Source: Bacillota bacterium
Lineage (GTDB): Bacteria > Bacillota > JAAYKD01
Reading direction: 5' to 3'
DNA length: 64,000 nt
Assembly (NCBI GenBank): GCA_963666425.2
Contig: OY762825.2
Span: 2,560,001-2,624,000, forward strand
Of the stretch, positions 47,701 through 57,189 are shown one piece after another. The notes under the pieces were generated by a model. It ran no database searches. It worked only from the letters and a program-made list of their open reading frames with translations, and was not told where the DNA came from. A program made the position numbers and the translations under genes. The first letter of the stretch is position 1. Each line of letters opens with the position of its first letter.

Positions 47701-48279
47701 TTATTCGCTGTATTGATAACCAATTTCAAATGCTTTCAGATTTAGTTCAAGATAACGAGCGGGAATGACGGTAGCCAAAGCATCCAGCCAAACTTGTTTC
47801 GGTGTATCTTGCCAGCTGGCTGCCACCGTTCCCAGCAGCAGAATATTGACAATCCGTTGATTGCCGAGCTGCGCCGCCAATTGGCTTGCCGGCACCTTGC
47901 GAATATGGTTCGTGTAGTTTAACAATACAGCTTCAATATCGCTTGGATACTGTGCTGCTCCAATGACGACAGGCATGGGGGCAATTTCCTGATCGTTATA
48001 CACAATAGAACCGTTTTCTTTCAGCAAAGGTAAATAGCGCTGCGCTTCCAATTTTTCAAAAGAGATGATATCGTCGGCTTCACCATTTTCAATCAGCGGT
48101 GAATAAACTTTCTCGGCAATTTTAATCTGCGTTACGACAGAACCACCGCGCTGAGCCATACCATGGATTTCTGACATTTTCACATCCATGCCCAGATTTA
48201 AACCGACTTGTGCCAGAACTTTTGCGGCCAGGATCGTGCCTTGTCCGCCGACACCGACTAAGAGAATTGCGCGTTTCAT
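47701..48279 (-). CDS. iorB: Indolepyruvate:ferredoxin oxidoreductase beta subunit
   Basis: GVGGQG, SEIHGMAQRGGSV, N.KAF.IG. Confidence 0.93.
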   Translation of the reverse strand: MKRAILLVGVGGQGTILAAKVLAQVGLNLGMDVKMSEIHGMAQRGGSVVTQIKIAEKVYSPLIENGEADDIISFEKLEAQRYLPLLKENGSIVYNDQEIAPMPVVIGAAQYPSDIEAVLLNYTNHIRKVPASQLAAQLGNQRIVNILLLGTVAASWQDTPKQVWLDALATVIPARYLELNLKAFEIGYQYSE

Positions 48280-48280
48280 A

Positions 48281-50038
48281 TTAGTTCACTCCCTTTTCAA
48301 TGGCACCGAATTTGCATAGCTGCGCACAGGCACTGCAGCCCACGCATAGGGTTGGATCGATTAAAACCTTTTTGTCCTGCAGTGTCATAGCAGGGCAGCC
48401 GAGTTTTAAGCAAGCTTTGCAGCCTTTGCATTGAGTCGGATTGACTCGATAGTGATCGGTCAGATCTTTGCGGATCAGGACGCAGGGTTGGCGAACAATG
48501 ATCACACTGACTTCGCGCACAGCCAGTTCTTCTTTGATGGCTTTGCGCAAAGCTGTTAAATCATAGGCATCGACGATGCGGACACGATTGACACCCAAGG
48601 CGCGAATGACATTTTCATAATTGATTTTAGCCGATACTTGACCATTCAGCTGCACCCCGGTGCCGGGATGGTTTTGGTGGCCCGTCATAGCGGTAATACT
48701 GTTATCGAGCAGGAGAATCGTTGCGCTGCCGCCGTTGTAGACTTGATCCACCAAGCCGGTCATGCCGGAGTGGAAAAATGTGCTGTCACCCATCACAGCG
48801 ACGAGCCGATCGGCCATTTCTGGGTGAACTTTTTCTATGCCAAGCGCCATGGGAATGGAAGCACCCATGCAGATGCAGGTGTCAATCGCGCTGAGCGGCG
48901 GCAGGGCACCTAAAGTATAGCAGCCAATGTCACCGGTCACCGTACAGTTCAATTCATGTAAAGTGTAGAACACATTGCGATGCGGGCAGCCCGGACAAAG
49001 AACCGGCGGACGTTCCGGTGAATAGGGCTGTGGCTTTACCGGATCGACCGGTTGACCAAGGATTTTTTCTCGCAGGATGGAAGGTGACAATTCTCCGATC
49101 AACGGCAATAATTCTTTGCCATAGAAAGGAATACAGCCGTTGCTGCCCAGGCAGAGAATGCTGGCAGCACTGATTTGCTCTTCCATGAACGGATCCAATT
49201 CTTCTACAACCCATAATTCTTCCACCTGAGCAGCAAATTGGCTGATCAGCTGCATCGGCAGGGGATTGGTTAAACCTAATTTCAGCACGGATGCCTGGGG
49301 CAGTGCTTCTTTGACATATTGGTAGCAGATGCCGCTGGTGATAATTCCCAGGTTTTTATCCTGTATTTCCATCCGGTTGAGGGGGGAAGTTTCATTATAT
49401 TCCGCTAATTGATGTAAACGTTCGGCTAAGCTGACCCGCAAGTGTCTGGCATTGGCGGGCAGGGTAACATATTTTGCGAAATCCTTCTGATAGGCTTTCG
49501 GCTGCTGCTGGCTAGGCTCTTCCAGGCGCACTAAACCTTTGGTATGCGCAATCCGGGTGGTGATGCGTACCATCATCGGCAAATCGAATGTCTCTGAGAG
49601 TTCAAAAGCTAATTTGATAAAATCCTTGCATTCTTGACTATCGCTCGGCTCCAGCAAACCGATTTTGGCGAATCTGGCATACTGACGGTTATCCTGCTCG
49701 TTTTGTGAGCTGTGCATACCGGGATCATCGGCGGAAACGATCACAAAGCCAGCATTGACACCGGTATAAGCAAAAGAAAAGAGCGGATCGGCCGCTACAT
49801 TGACACCAACATGTTTCATGCATACCATAGAGCGACCGCCTGCGATCGAACCGCCGATCGCAACTTCGGTGGCAACTTTTTCATTGGGGCTCCACTGGGA
49901 TCGGATGGTTTTGTACTGAGCGATATTCTCCAATATTTCGGTACTTGGCGTACCCGGGTAGGCAGCGGCAAGCTGCACGCCGGCTTCATAAGCACCGCGG
50001 GCAAGCGCTTCGTTGCCGGATAAAAGAACAACAGACAT
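48281..50038 (-). CDS. iorA: Indolepyruvate:ferredoxin oxidoreductase alpha subunit
   Basis: YPGTPSTEI, MKHVGVNVAAD, SSQNEQD, RPPVLCPGCPHR, GDIGCY, GDSTF.HSG, two C-terminal 4Fe-4S motifs. Confidence 0.95.
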   Translation of the reverse strand: MSVVLLSGNEALARGAYEAGVQLAAAYPGTPSTEILENIAQYKTIRSQWSPNEKVATEVAIGGSIAGGRSMVCMKHVGVNVAADPLFSFAYTGVNAGFVIVSADDPGMHSSQNEQDNRQYARFAKIGLLEPSDSQECKDFIKLAFELSETFDLPMMVRITTRIAHTKGLVRLEEPSQQQPKAYQKDFAKYVTLPANARHLRVSLAERLHQLAEYNETSPLNRMEIQDKNLGIITSGICYQYVKEALPQASVLKLGLTNPLPMQLISQFAAQVEELWVVEELDPFMEEQISAASILCLGSNGCIPFYGKELLPLIGELSPSILREKILGQPVDPVKPQPYSPERPPVLCPGCPHRNVFYTLHELNCTVTGDIGCYTLGALPPLSAIDTCICMGASIPMALGIEKVHPEMADRLVAVMGDSTFFHSGMTGLVDQVYNGGSATILLLDNSITAMTGHQNHPGTGVQLNGQVSAKINYENVIRALGVNRVRIVDAYDLTALRKAIKEELAVREVSVIIVRQPCVLIRKDLTDHYRVNPTQCKGCKACLKLGCPAMTLQDKKVLIDPTLCVGCSACAQLCKFGAIEKGVN

Positions 50039-50251
50039 AAGATATTCCTCCTCTTTCTCTATAGGACGCAAAAAAGTTTGCATCTTCTGAATTCTCCTTT
50101 CGCTTCTTCTGTTCCTGCTTAAAAAACCGGATAAACATTTGGTTTGCAAACCTTTATGGAGAAACACTGCGATATCTTGCGCTGCGGCAGGGAAACCCAC
50201 ACGTCAGAGAGAAACTTTAGCATGAGAAGATTAAAAATGGTGGTGAAGAGA

Positions 50252-51502
50252 ATGACACGATTGGCATATGGAAAAAATTGGACTGAATATCAGGCAGCAT
50301 CGCAGCAGTTGCTGGGAGAAATTCTGCCGCAGGAGTTGCCTGTGCTGCAGGATCCGACAGCAGAGATCAGATTTGCTTTGCAAAATCCCATCGGGACGCT
50401 GCCTCTGCGGGAAATGGTGCGCGGAAAGCGTCGGATCGCCATCGCCATCAGCGATGGTACCCGCCCTGCGCGCAGCAAACTGTTGCTGCCTGTTTTATTG
50501 GATGAATTAGCCGGCGCCGGCATTGCGATGGATCAAATCAGCGTTCTGGTCGCTTTAGGAATCCACCGTGCCTTAACAGAAATAGAATTAACGGCGTTGG
50601 TGGGCAGTGAGACCTATCAGCGGGTTCGGGTGATCAATCACGATCCGTTGGATACCATCCTGCTGGGAGAAACCAGCCGCGGCACCCCGCTGGCAATCAA
50701 TCGCTGTTTTGCCGAAGCAGATTTTAAAATCTGCACCGGCAATATTGATCTGCATTTTTTTGCCGGTTATGCCGGCGGCGCCAAAGCCATGATGCCCGGA
50801 CTTTCCACCAGAGCGGCGATTGCCAACAATCACCGGATGCAATTGGAAGCAGGTTCTGCCAGCGGTATTTTGGCAGGCAATCCTGTCCGGGAAGACATCG
50901 ATGAAGCCGGTCAGATCGTCGGTATCGATTTCATCTTAAATCTGGTGCAAAATGAAAGCAAAGAAGTGATCGCAGTCTGTGCCGGGGATCCAATCGCCGC
51001 GCATCGAGCCGGCTGCCGGATCATCGATCGCCTTTATAAGGTACCAATTATCAGGAAAGCGGCTCTTGTCATCGCATCCGCCGGCGGTCATCCCAAAGAT
51101 GTGAATTTATATCAAGCGCAGAAAGCATTGGATAATGCAGCGCACGCCGTGCAGTCGGGTGGCACGATCATCTTGTTGGCAGCTTGTCCGGAAGGTTATG
51201 GAGAAGCGGTTTTTGCCGAATGGCTGCGGGAAGCGGATGGACAGCCCCAGCAGGTCTTACAACGCCTGCAGCGTGGCTTTTTGCTGGGAGGACATAAGGC
51301 GGCAGCCATCGCTCGGGTGGCTGTGCAGGCACGCGTGATTCTGATTTCCGAGCTGCCGGATCAGCTGGTGCGGCAGGCTTTTATGGAACCCGCCGAAAAT
51401 CTGCAGCAGGCGCTGCAAATGGCGGCCTGGCAGCAGGCCGAATCGATTTGGCTGATGCCCTACGCCTGCTATACCCTGCCGCAGGAGGCTGCCTCATGTT
51501 AG
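50252..51502 (+). CDS. Nickel-pincer (NPN)-dependent LarA-family racemase/epimerase
   Basis: SDGTRP, ALGIHR, NHDP, GETSRGTP, HFFAGYAGGAK, GGHPKDVNLYQAQKA, C.EG.G. Confidence 0.9.
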   Translation: MTRLAYGKNWTEYQAASQQLLGEILPQELPVLQDPTAEIRFALQNPIGTLPLREMVRGKRRIAIAISDGTRPARSKLLLPVLLDELAGAGIAMDQISVLVALGIHRALTEIELTALVGSETYQRVRVINHDPLDTILLGETSRGTPLAINRCFAEADFKICTGNIDLHFFAGYAGGAKAMMPGLSTRAAIANNHRMQLEAGSASGILAGNPVREDIDEAGQIVGIDFILNLVQNESKEVIAVCAGDPIAAHRAGCRIIDRLYKVPIIRKAALVIASAGGHPKDVNLYQAQKALDNAAHAVQSGGTIILLAACPEGYGEAVFAEWLREADGQPQQVLQRLQRGFLLGGHKAAAIARVAVQARVILISELPDQLVRQAFMEPAENLQQALQMAAWQQAESIWLMPYACYTLPQEAASC

Positions 51503-53724
51503 CATTGCACGATCTCTTTGCCCGGGACGGCTTGCTAGCAGAGCGCTTTCCCGGTCATGAGCATCGGGAAGGTCAATTGGCGATGGCGGAAGGGATTTAT
51601 CAGGCGCTGAACAGTGGACAGCCGTTGGCTGTGCAGGCCGGTACCGGTTTGGGTAAAACGTTTGCCTATCTGATACCGGCGCTGCTCTATGCCAAAGCAG
51701 AAGGCAAGCGGGTTGTGATTTCCACCGGTACTTTGCAATTGCAGTCGCAAATCGTGCAAAAAGATATTCCAGCCTTGGAAAAAATCCTGGCAGGAGAATT
51801 GGAATTCCATACTGCTTTGGTAAAAGGGCGCAATAATTATATCTGCATGCGGAAACTGACTGCCTTTGCTCAAGCCAATCAGCAAATCGAGCTTTACCGG
51901 GAAGCAGCCGACGCCAAACAATGGCCGCGGATCCTGGATTTATATTATGCCAATGGCTTTCGGGTTGGCGATAAAGAAGAAATCCCCTTTCGGGTGAATG
52001 ATAGCCTCTGGGCGGATATCGGTTCGGAATCGGATCTCTGTCTGCGGGGGCGCTGTCCGTTTTACAGCGATTGTTATTTTTATCAGGCACGTCAGAAACA
52101 AAAAGAAGCGGATCTTTTGATTACCAATCACGCTTTATTTTTTGCTGACTTGGCTGTGCAGCGAGAAAACGAATACAGCGAAGAGGTTGAAGGCGTTTTA
52201 GCGCATTATGACGCTGTTATCCTGGATGAAGCGCAAAATGTAGAAGATTATGCGACGGATCATTTCTCCAGCGAATTTACTTACGGTAAATGCCTCTATC
52301 TGTCGATTGCCGTACGCAACGCTTTACGGCCGGGCGGCGTCTTGAAGTGGCCGGATGAAAGCGATTTTTTACGTCTGGAAGGCTTAATGGAAACGATTTT
52401 ACGTCGTTCCAGCGACTTTCTGTTTCAATTGGCCGCGCAATGGCCGGACAAAACCACGCGCTTGCGAAAAAGCGGTGAGATTGTCGATACATTGTCCCTG
52501 GATTTCGTCCAACTGCAAGCGGAGCTGAAAGCGCTGACAGAAATCTCACAAAATGAAGAGCAGAAGATGACCTTCCGTGGGCTCGGTATGCGGACTGCTC
52601 AGATCCTCACAGCCCTGGAACAACTCTGCGGCATGTCTGATCTGGAACAATATGCTTATTGGTTTGAGAATCCGGACAATCGTGAATTGCGCAAAATGCG
52701 GCTCGCTTGTGCGCCGGTCTCTGTCGCGGAATTTATGCAGGAAGGCCTCTTTTCCAGGATGCCGGTAGTGCTCACTTCGGCAACTTTAGCCAGCGAATTA
52801 ATCTCCCGCTTAGGACTGGATCAGCCTACCTGGCTGCGTCTGGATTCTCCCTTTGATTATAAAAACCAGGCTCGCCTCTATCTGCCACTGGACGGCCCGG
52901 AGCCGACCAATTATAATCAGACAGAATTTCACGCCTTTGTGGCGCAGCGCGTGCTGGAATTGGTTCGCATCAGCAAGGGCCGTGCCTTTGTTTTATTTAC
53001 ATCCTATCGCTCTTTGGCAGAGGTTTACGAACTTTGTCATGCCAAGCTGGAAGAATGGGGTTATCCGGTGCTGCGTCAGGGAGAAAAACGGCGCGATGAG
53101 ATTCTGCGTAATTTTTCAGCAGACGGCCATGCGGTGCTCTTTGCTGTCACCAGTTTTTGGGAAGGGGTCGATGTCCAGGGAGAGGCGCTCAGCCTGGTGA
53201 TCTTGGTGAAGCTTCCCTTTGCCGTGCCAACAGAACCAATCCAGCAGGCGCGCATGGAAGCCCTGCAGCGAGCCGGCAAAGAACCGTTTTACAGTTACAC
53301 CCTGCCGCAAGCCTCTTTACGCTTGAAGCAAGGGTTTGGACGTTTGATTCGTTCCAAAAAGGACTGTGGTGTGATTGCTGTTTTGGATAAACGCATGCGC
53401 AGTAAAACCTACGGACGCCGCTTCATCCGTGATCTGCCGCCGGCGCCGGTGATTGATCAATTGACGGAAGTAGCCGCTTTTTTTCACGCGATCGAGACGG
53501 GTTTGCCTCCGACGGCGCTCCCGAGCGAAAACGGTATGGAAGCCACAGAAGAAAAGGGATACGTGACAGCAGAAGCGGCTAATCGGATGGAAGCGAAGAG
53601 GAAAGCCCGATCCGGTAAAAATGCTGCTGCCGCAGCAAAGAAACCGACATCGGAAGAGGCAAAAGAATCTGCCCATCGTGTCGTTTCCAGCTTCGATATT
53701 GACGAGGAGCAGCCGCCCTGGTAA
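51496..53724 (+). CDS. DinG/YoaA-family Fe-S DNA helicase
   Basis: AGTGLGKT, KGRNNYIC, C...CP...C, DEAQ, TSATL, SPF, LFTSY, FWEGVD, KLPF, QGFGRLIR. Confidence 0.92.
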   Translation: MLALHDLFARDGLLAERFPGHEHREGQLAMAEGIYQALNSGQPLAVQAGTGLGKTFAYLIPALLYAKAEGKRVVISTGTLQLQSQIVQKDIPALEKILAGELEFHTALVKGRNNYICMRKLTAFAQANQQIELYREAADAKQWPRILDLYYANGFRVGDKEEIPFRVNDSLWADIGSESDLCLRGRCPFYSDCYFYQARQKQKEADLLITNHALFFADLAVQRENEYSEEVEGVLAHYDAVILDEAQNVEDYATDHFSSEFTYGKCLYLSIAVRNALRPGGVLKWPDESDFLRLEGLMETILRRSSDFLFQLAAQWPDKTTRLRKSGEIVDTLSLDFVQLQAELKALTEISQNEEQKMTFRGLGMRTAQILTALEQLCGMSDLEQYAYWFENPDNRELRKMRLACAPVSVAEFMQEGLFSRMPVVLTSATLASELISRLGLDQPTWLRLDSPFDYKNQARLYLPLDGPEPTNYNQTEFHAFVAQRVLELVRISKGRAFVLFTSYRSLAEVYELCHAKLEEWGYPVLRQGEKRRDEILRNFSADGHAVLFAVTSFWEGVDVQGEALSLVILVKLPFAVPTEPIQQARMEALQRAGKEPFYSYTLPQASLRLKQGFGRLIRSKKDCGVIAVLDKRMRSKTYGRRFIRDLPPAPVIDQLTEVAAFFHAIETGLPPTALPSENGMEATEEKGYVTAEAANRMEAKRKARSGKNAAAAAKKPTSEEAKESAHRVVSSFDIDEEQPPW

Positions 53725-53904
53725 GTCAGTTGGCAGTCGAACAACAGGTAAAGCTGAGGAAGGCGACCGTGTTTCGCCAAACAATTGCTACTGACAGTAG
53801 AGAAAAAAACCCGTGAAAAAATGAAATCACTCTTCTTTGGTCACTTTCCCTTTTCGCTTGAAAGTGTTATAATCAGAAGAAAGAGAAATAGGAGGCTAAT
53901 GGAT

Positions 53905-55092
53905 ATGAAAGAGAGAGAACTGGGATTTTCCACACAGGCGATTCATGGCAAGCACATGCACGATCAATACGGTGCGTTGAACATGCCGATTTATCAAACC
54001 TCTACCTTTGTTTTTGATGATGCGGATCAGGGCGGACGCCGTTTTTCCCTCGAAGAAGATGGCTTTATTTATACGCGTTTGGGCAATCCAACCGTCCGTC
54101 AATTGGAAGAACGTTTGGCGGTTCTGGAAAAAGCAGAAGCCTGCGTTGCCTTCAGCAGCGGCATGGGAGCGATCGCTTCCGTGATTTGGTCATCAGTCAA
54201 GGCCGGCGACCATATCGTAGCGGATAAAACGCTGTATGGCTGCACCTTTGCCCTCTTAAATCATGGTGTTTCCAGTATGAATGTGGAAGTCACTTTTGTG
54301 GATGCGGTGAATTTAGCAGAAGTGCAAAACGCCATGCGTCCAAATACCAAACTGGTCTATATCGAAAGTCCCTGCAATCCCACTTTAAAACTGGTGGATA
54401 TTGCTGAAGTAGCTAAAATAGCGCATACGGTGCCCGACTGTAAGGTTCTGGTTGACAATACTTTTGCTACGCCCTATATCACCCAACCGCTGACCATCGG
54501 TGCGGATGTGGTCGTGCATTCCGGCACCAAGTACTTGAATGGTCATGGCGATGTCATTTGCGGTTTTGCCATGGGCAGCAAAGAATTTATGACGCGGGTG
54601 CGTTTCTTTGGCTTGAAGGATATGACAGGCGCTGTGATGTCGCCATTTGATGCTTTCCTCGTCCTGCGCGGCTTAAAAACGCTGGCTGTCCGCATGGATG
54701 TCCATTGCGCCAATGCGGTTAAGGTTGCGGATTTTCTGGCGCATCATGAGAAAATAGCAGTCATCTATTATCCCGGCCTGCAGAATTTTAAGCAAAAGGC
54801 ACTGGCCGACAAACAAATGCGGTTACCCGGTGCCATGATTGCTTTTGAAGTCAGAGGCGGTCTTGCGCAAGGCAAACAATTGGTCAATGCCTTAAAAATC
54901 TGTCGTTTGGCAGTCAGCCTGGGTGATGCAGAAACGTTGATTTCGCACCCGGCCAGTATGACGCATTCTCCCTATACGCCGGAAGAACGTGCCGTCGCCG
55001 GTATTTCTGAGAGCTTAATCCGCATCTCGGTTGGTTTGGAGAATGTGGAAGACATCATTGCCGACTTGGAGCAGGCGCTGGCTTTGATTTAA
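53905..55092 (+). CDS. megL: Methionine gamma-lyase
   Basis: PIYQTSTF, YTRLGNPT, LYGCT (MGL-typical Cys), DNTF, HSGTKYLNGHGD, AVSLGDAETL, HPASMTHS. Confidence 0.9.
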   Translation: MKERELGFSTQAIHGKHMHDQYGALNMPIYQTSTFVFDDADQGGRRFSLEEDGFIYTRLGNPTVRQLEERLAVLEKAEACVAFSSGMGAIASVIWSSVKAGDHIVADKTLYGCTFALLNHGVSSMNVEVTFVDAVNLAEVQNAMRPNTKLVYIESPCNPTLKLVDIAEVAKIAHTVPDCKVLVDNTFATPYITQPLTIGADVVVHSGTKYLNGHGDVICGFAMGSKEFMTRVRFFGLKDMTGAVMSPFDAFLVLRGLKTLAVRMDVHCANAVKVADFLAHHEKIAVIYYPGLQNFKQKALADKQMRLPGAMIAFEVRGGLAQGKQLVNALKICRLAVSLGDAETLISHPASMTHSPYTPEERAVAGISESLIRISVGLENVEDIIADLEQALALI

Positions 55093-55139
55093 TCTTGGTT
55101 TTTAGAAAACGGCTTTTTGGTGACCCCCTAAAAAAGCGC

Positions 55140-55168
55140 TTGCTTTTTCAGGGGGTTTCTGCTAAACT
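55140..55168 (+). promoter_or_regulatory. SigA promoter of SRP RNA
   Basis: TTGCTT-17 bp-TAAACT, 6 nt before the RNA 5' stem. Confidence 0.7.
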
Positions 55169-55174
55169 ACAACT

Positions 55175-55437
55175 TGCATCGCGCTAGACGGGGAATTTGC
55201 GGCACCCTATTACCGGAACGCTTGGCCGGGTCGAATGCCTGCTGCAAGGAAGACGCCGATCGGATTCGGTTTTGCTCAAGGTGTTGACCTCGGGCCTCGC
55301 ACGACGTTGCGCTGTGAACCTCGCCAGGACCGGAAGGTAGCAACGATAAGCGGTTTGCGCGGGTGATGCGAGTCGTCTGAGTGAGTTTTGAGCTAAAACG
55401 CGGCTGAAAGCGTTTTTCAAGGGCAGGGCGCGGTGCA
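55175..55437 (+). ncRNA. ffs: Large bacterial SRP RNA (scRNA with Alu domain)
   Basis: Domain IV CCAGGACCGGAAGGTAGCA; Alu-like 5' GCTAGACGGGGA..GCGG.CCCT; terminal pairing tgcatcgcgc/gcgcggtgca; near dnaX. Confidence 0.93.
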
Positions 55438-55446
55438 TTGCTTTTC

Positions 55447-55492
55447 AAAAAATGAAATGGTTTACGATTGGTTTTCGTAGACCATTTTTTTT
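55447..55492 (+). terminator. Terminator after SRP RNA
   Basis: aaatggtttacga...tcgtagaccattttttt. Confidence 0.75.
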
Positions 55493-55591
55493 GTTTTATT
55501 GTTGCAATTCGCAGAAAAATGCAGTATGCTTGTCTGGTTAGTAGTGTTTTCTTTGGCATGACAGCCAATAGGAAAAGGAGGTATCATCCGG

Positions 55592-56944
55592 ATGAGACGA
55601 AGCAATGCAGAAATCTTAAGCAACTTTCAGGGTATGGTCCAATGTAAAACGGTTTCCGGGGCGGAATTGGCTAAGATTGATTTTAATGAATTTTACAAGC
55701 TGCATCGTTACCTAGAACAGACCTATCCGTTGATCCATCAAAAATTGAGCCGCGAAGTGATTGGCAAAGCCAGTTTGCTCTATCATTGGCAGGGCAGTGG
55801 CAGCAGCTCCGCTTTACCGATTGCCCTGATGGCTCATCTGGATGTCGTGCCGGTGGGGGATTTGAGTAAATGGCGGCATGATCCTTTTTCCGGCGACCTT
55901 GTCGATGGTATGATTTGGGGCAGGGGAACCGGCGATACCAAATGTCAGATCGTCGCCCAGATGGAGGCAGTGGAAGAATTGCTGCGTCAGGGCTATCAGC
56001 CGTCCTATGATATCTATCTGTGTTACGGTCACAATGAGGAAATCGTTGCGGCTGGCGACAGTTCCGGCGCTCAGCAAATCGTGGATCTATTGAAAGCACG
56101 CGGTATCCGCCTGGGATGTGTGATTGATGAAGGCGGCACCTTAGTGGATGGAAAAATACTGGGTGTAACCTCCCGCCTTGCGGTGATCGGGGTTGCCGAA
56201 AAAGGTAGTGTCAATGTCGAACTTTCCGTCAGTGATATCGGTGGTCATTCCAGTATCCCCAAAGCCTCGACTGCTCTGGGTAAAGTCGCTCGCGCGGCTG
56301 TCGCTGTGGAGGAACATCCGATGCCGGCACGCCTGTTGCCGTTGGTGGAAGAAACATTGCAGACGATCGCACCGGAAATGGGAAAGCTGGCTCCAATTCT
56401 GAATCAGGCGGCAGCCAATTGGCCGCTGCTGCAGCAATATCTGCAGCAAAGCCCCACGACCAATGCCATGATCCGCAGCACCATGGCAGTCACCATGGCG
56501 CAGGGCAGCGCACAGGCAAACATTCTGCCGGAGCGTGCGGTCATGATCGTCAATTGCCGTCTGTTGCCCGGTGACACGATGGATTCGCTCGTGCAATACC
56601 TGAAATCGATCGTCGATCCCGAGGTGGCAGTCAAAGTGCTGAGCGGCAAGAATCCTTCACCGATTTCACCGACCGATACCGCCCCTTTGCATCTGATTCG
56701 CCGCTTAATCAGCGAACAGTTTCCCAATACGCTGATCACTCCGTATCTCGTGATGGGTGGTACCGATTCCGGTAAATATTACCCGATTTGTGATAATGTC
56801 TATCGCTTCGCCCCCTTCTATTTTGATGCGGAAACGATGCCGACCATGCATTCTGTCAATGAGCACATGCCAAGCGGTGGTTTTGAGCAAGCCGTCTGTT
56901 TTTATCGGGAATTCATCGAACAATACCCCGAGCAAAACAAATAG
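55592..56944 (+). CDS. M20 peptidase, Gly-Xaa carboxypeptidase (yscS/PM20D1)-like
   Basis: MAHLDVVP, WGRGTGDTK, GHNEE, IDEGG, GGHSS, GGTDS, HSVNE. Confidence 0.88.
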   Translation: MRRSNAEILSNFQGMVQCKTVSGAELAKIDFNEFYKLHRYLEQTYPLIHQKLSREVIGKASLLYHWQGSGSSSALPIALMAHLDVVPVGDLSKWRHDPFSGDLVDGMIWGRGTGDTKCQIVAQMEAVEELLRQGYQPSYDIYLCYGHNEEIVAAGDSSGAQQIVDLLKARGIRLGCVIDEGGTLVDGKILGVTSRLAVIGVAEKGSVNVELSVSDIGGHSSIPKASTALGKVARAAVAVEEHPMPARLLPLVEETLQTIAPEMGKLAPILNQAAANWPLLQQYLQQSPTTNAMIRSTMAVTMAQGSAQANILPERAVMIVNCRLLPGDTMDSLVQYLKSIVDPEVAVKVLSGKNPSPISPTDTAPLHLIRRLISEQFPNTLITPYLVMGGTDSGKYYPICDNVYRFAPFYFDAETMPTMHSVNEHMPSGGFEQAVCFYREFIEQYPEQNK

Positions 56945-57189
56945 CACCGCCCTTGCTGTCTCGGGATTGGCAGCGAATTCTTTAGTCGCAAGCTTGGACA
57001 GGAACCTGACAGCACAGTCTTGGCTGGAAGCCGAGCGCTGTCAGGAACTGCCTGAGCTTTTTTCTTACGAACTTGCTTTTTGGTTTCCCTCCCATGCAAG
57101 CAACCGATTTGCCGAATCACCCTTTCGTTTTGCACTCGATTATGTTATAATAAAAATACAATATCCAGCGTGAAAAAGGAGAGGATCGA

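Noticed and set aside
53725-53900. SAM (S-box) riboswitch upstream of megL (also checked upstream of rseC-mtnA)
   Set aside because: No ATC.AGAG...GAGGGA..GGCCC...GCAACC core; the hairpin present is better explained as the 3' end of dinG
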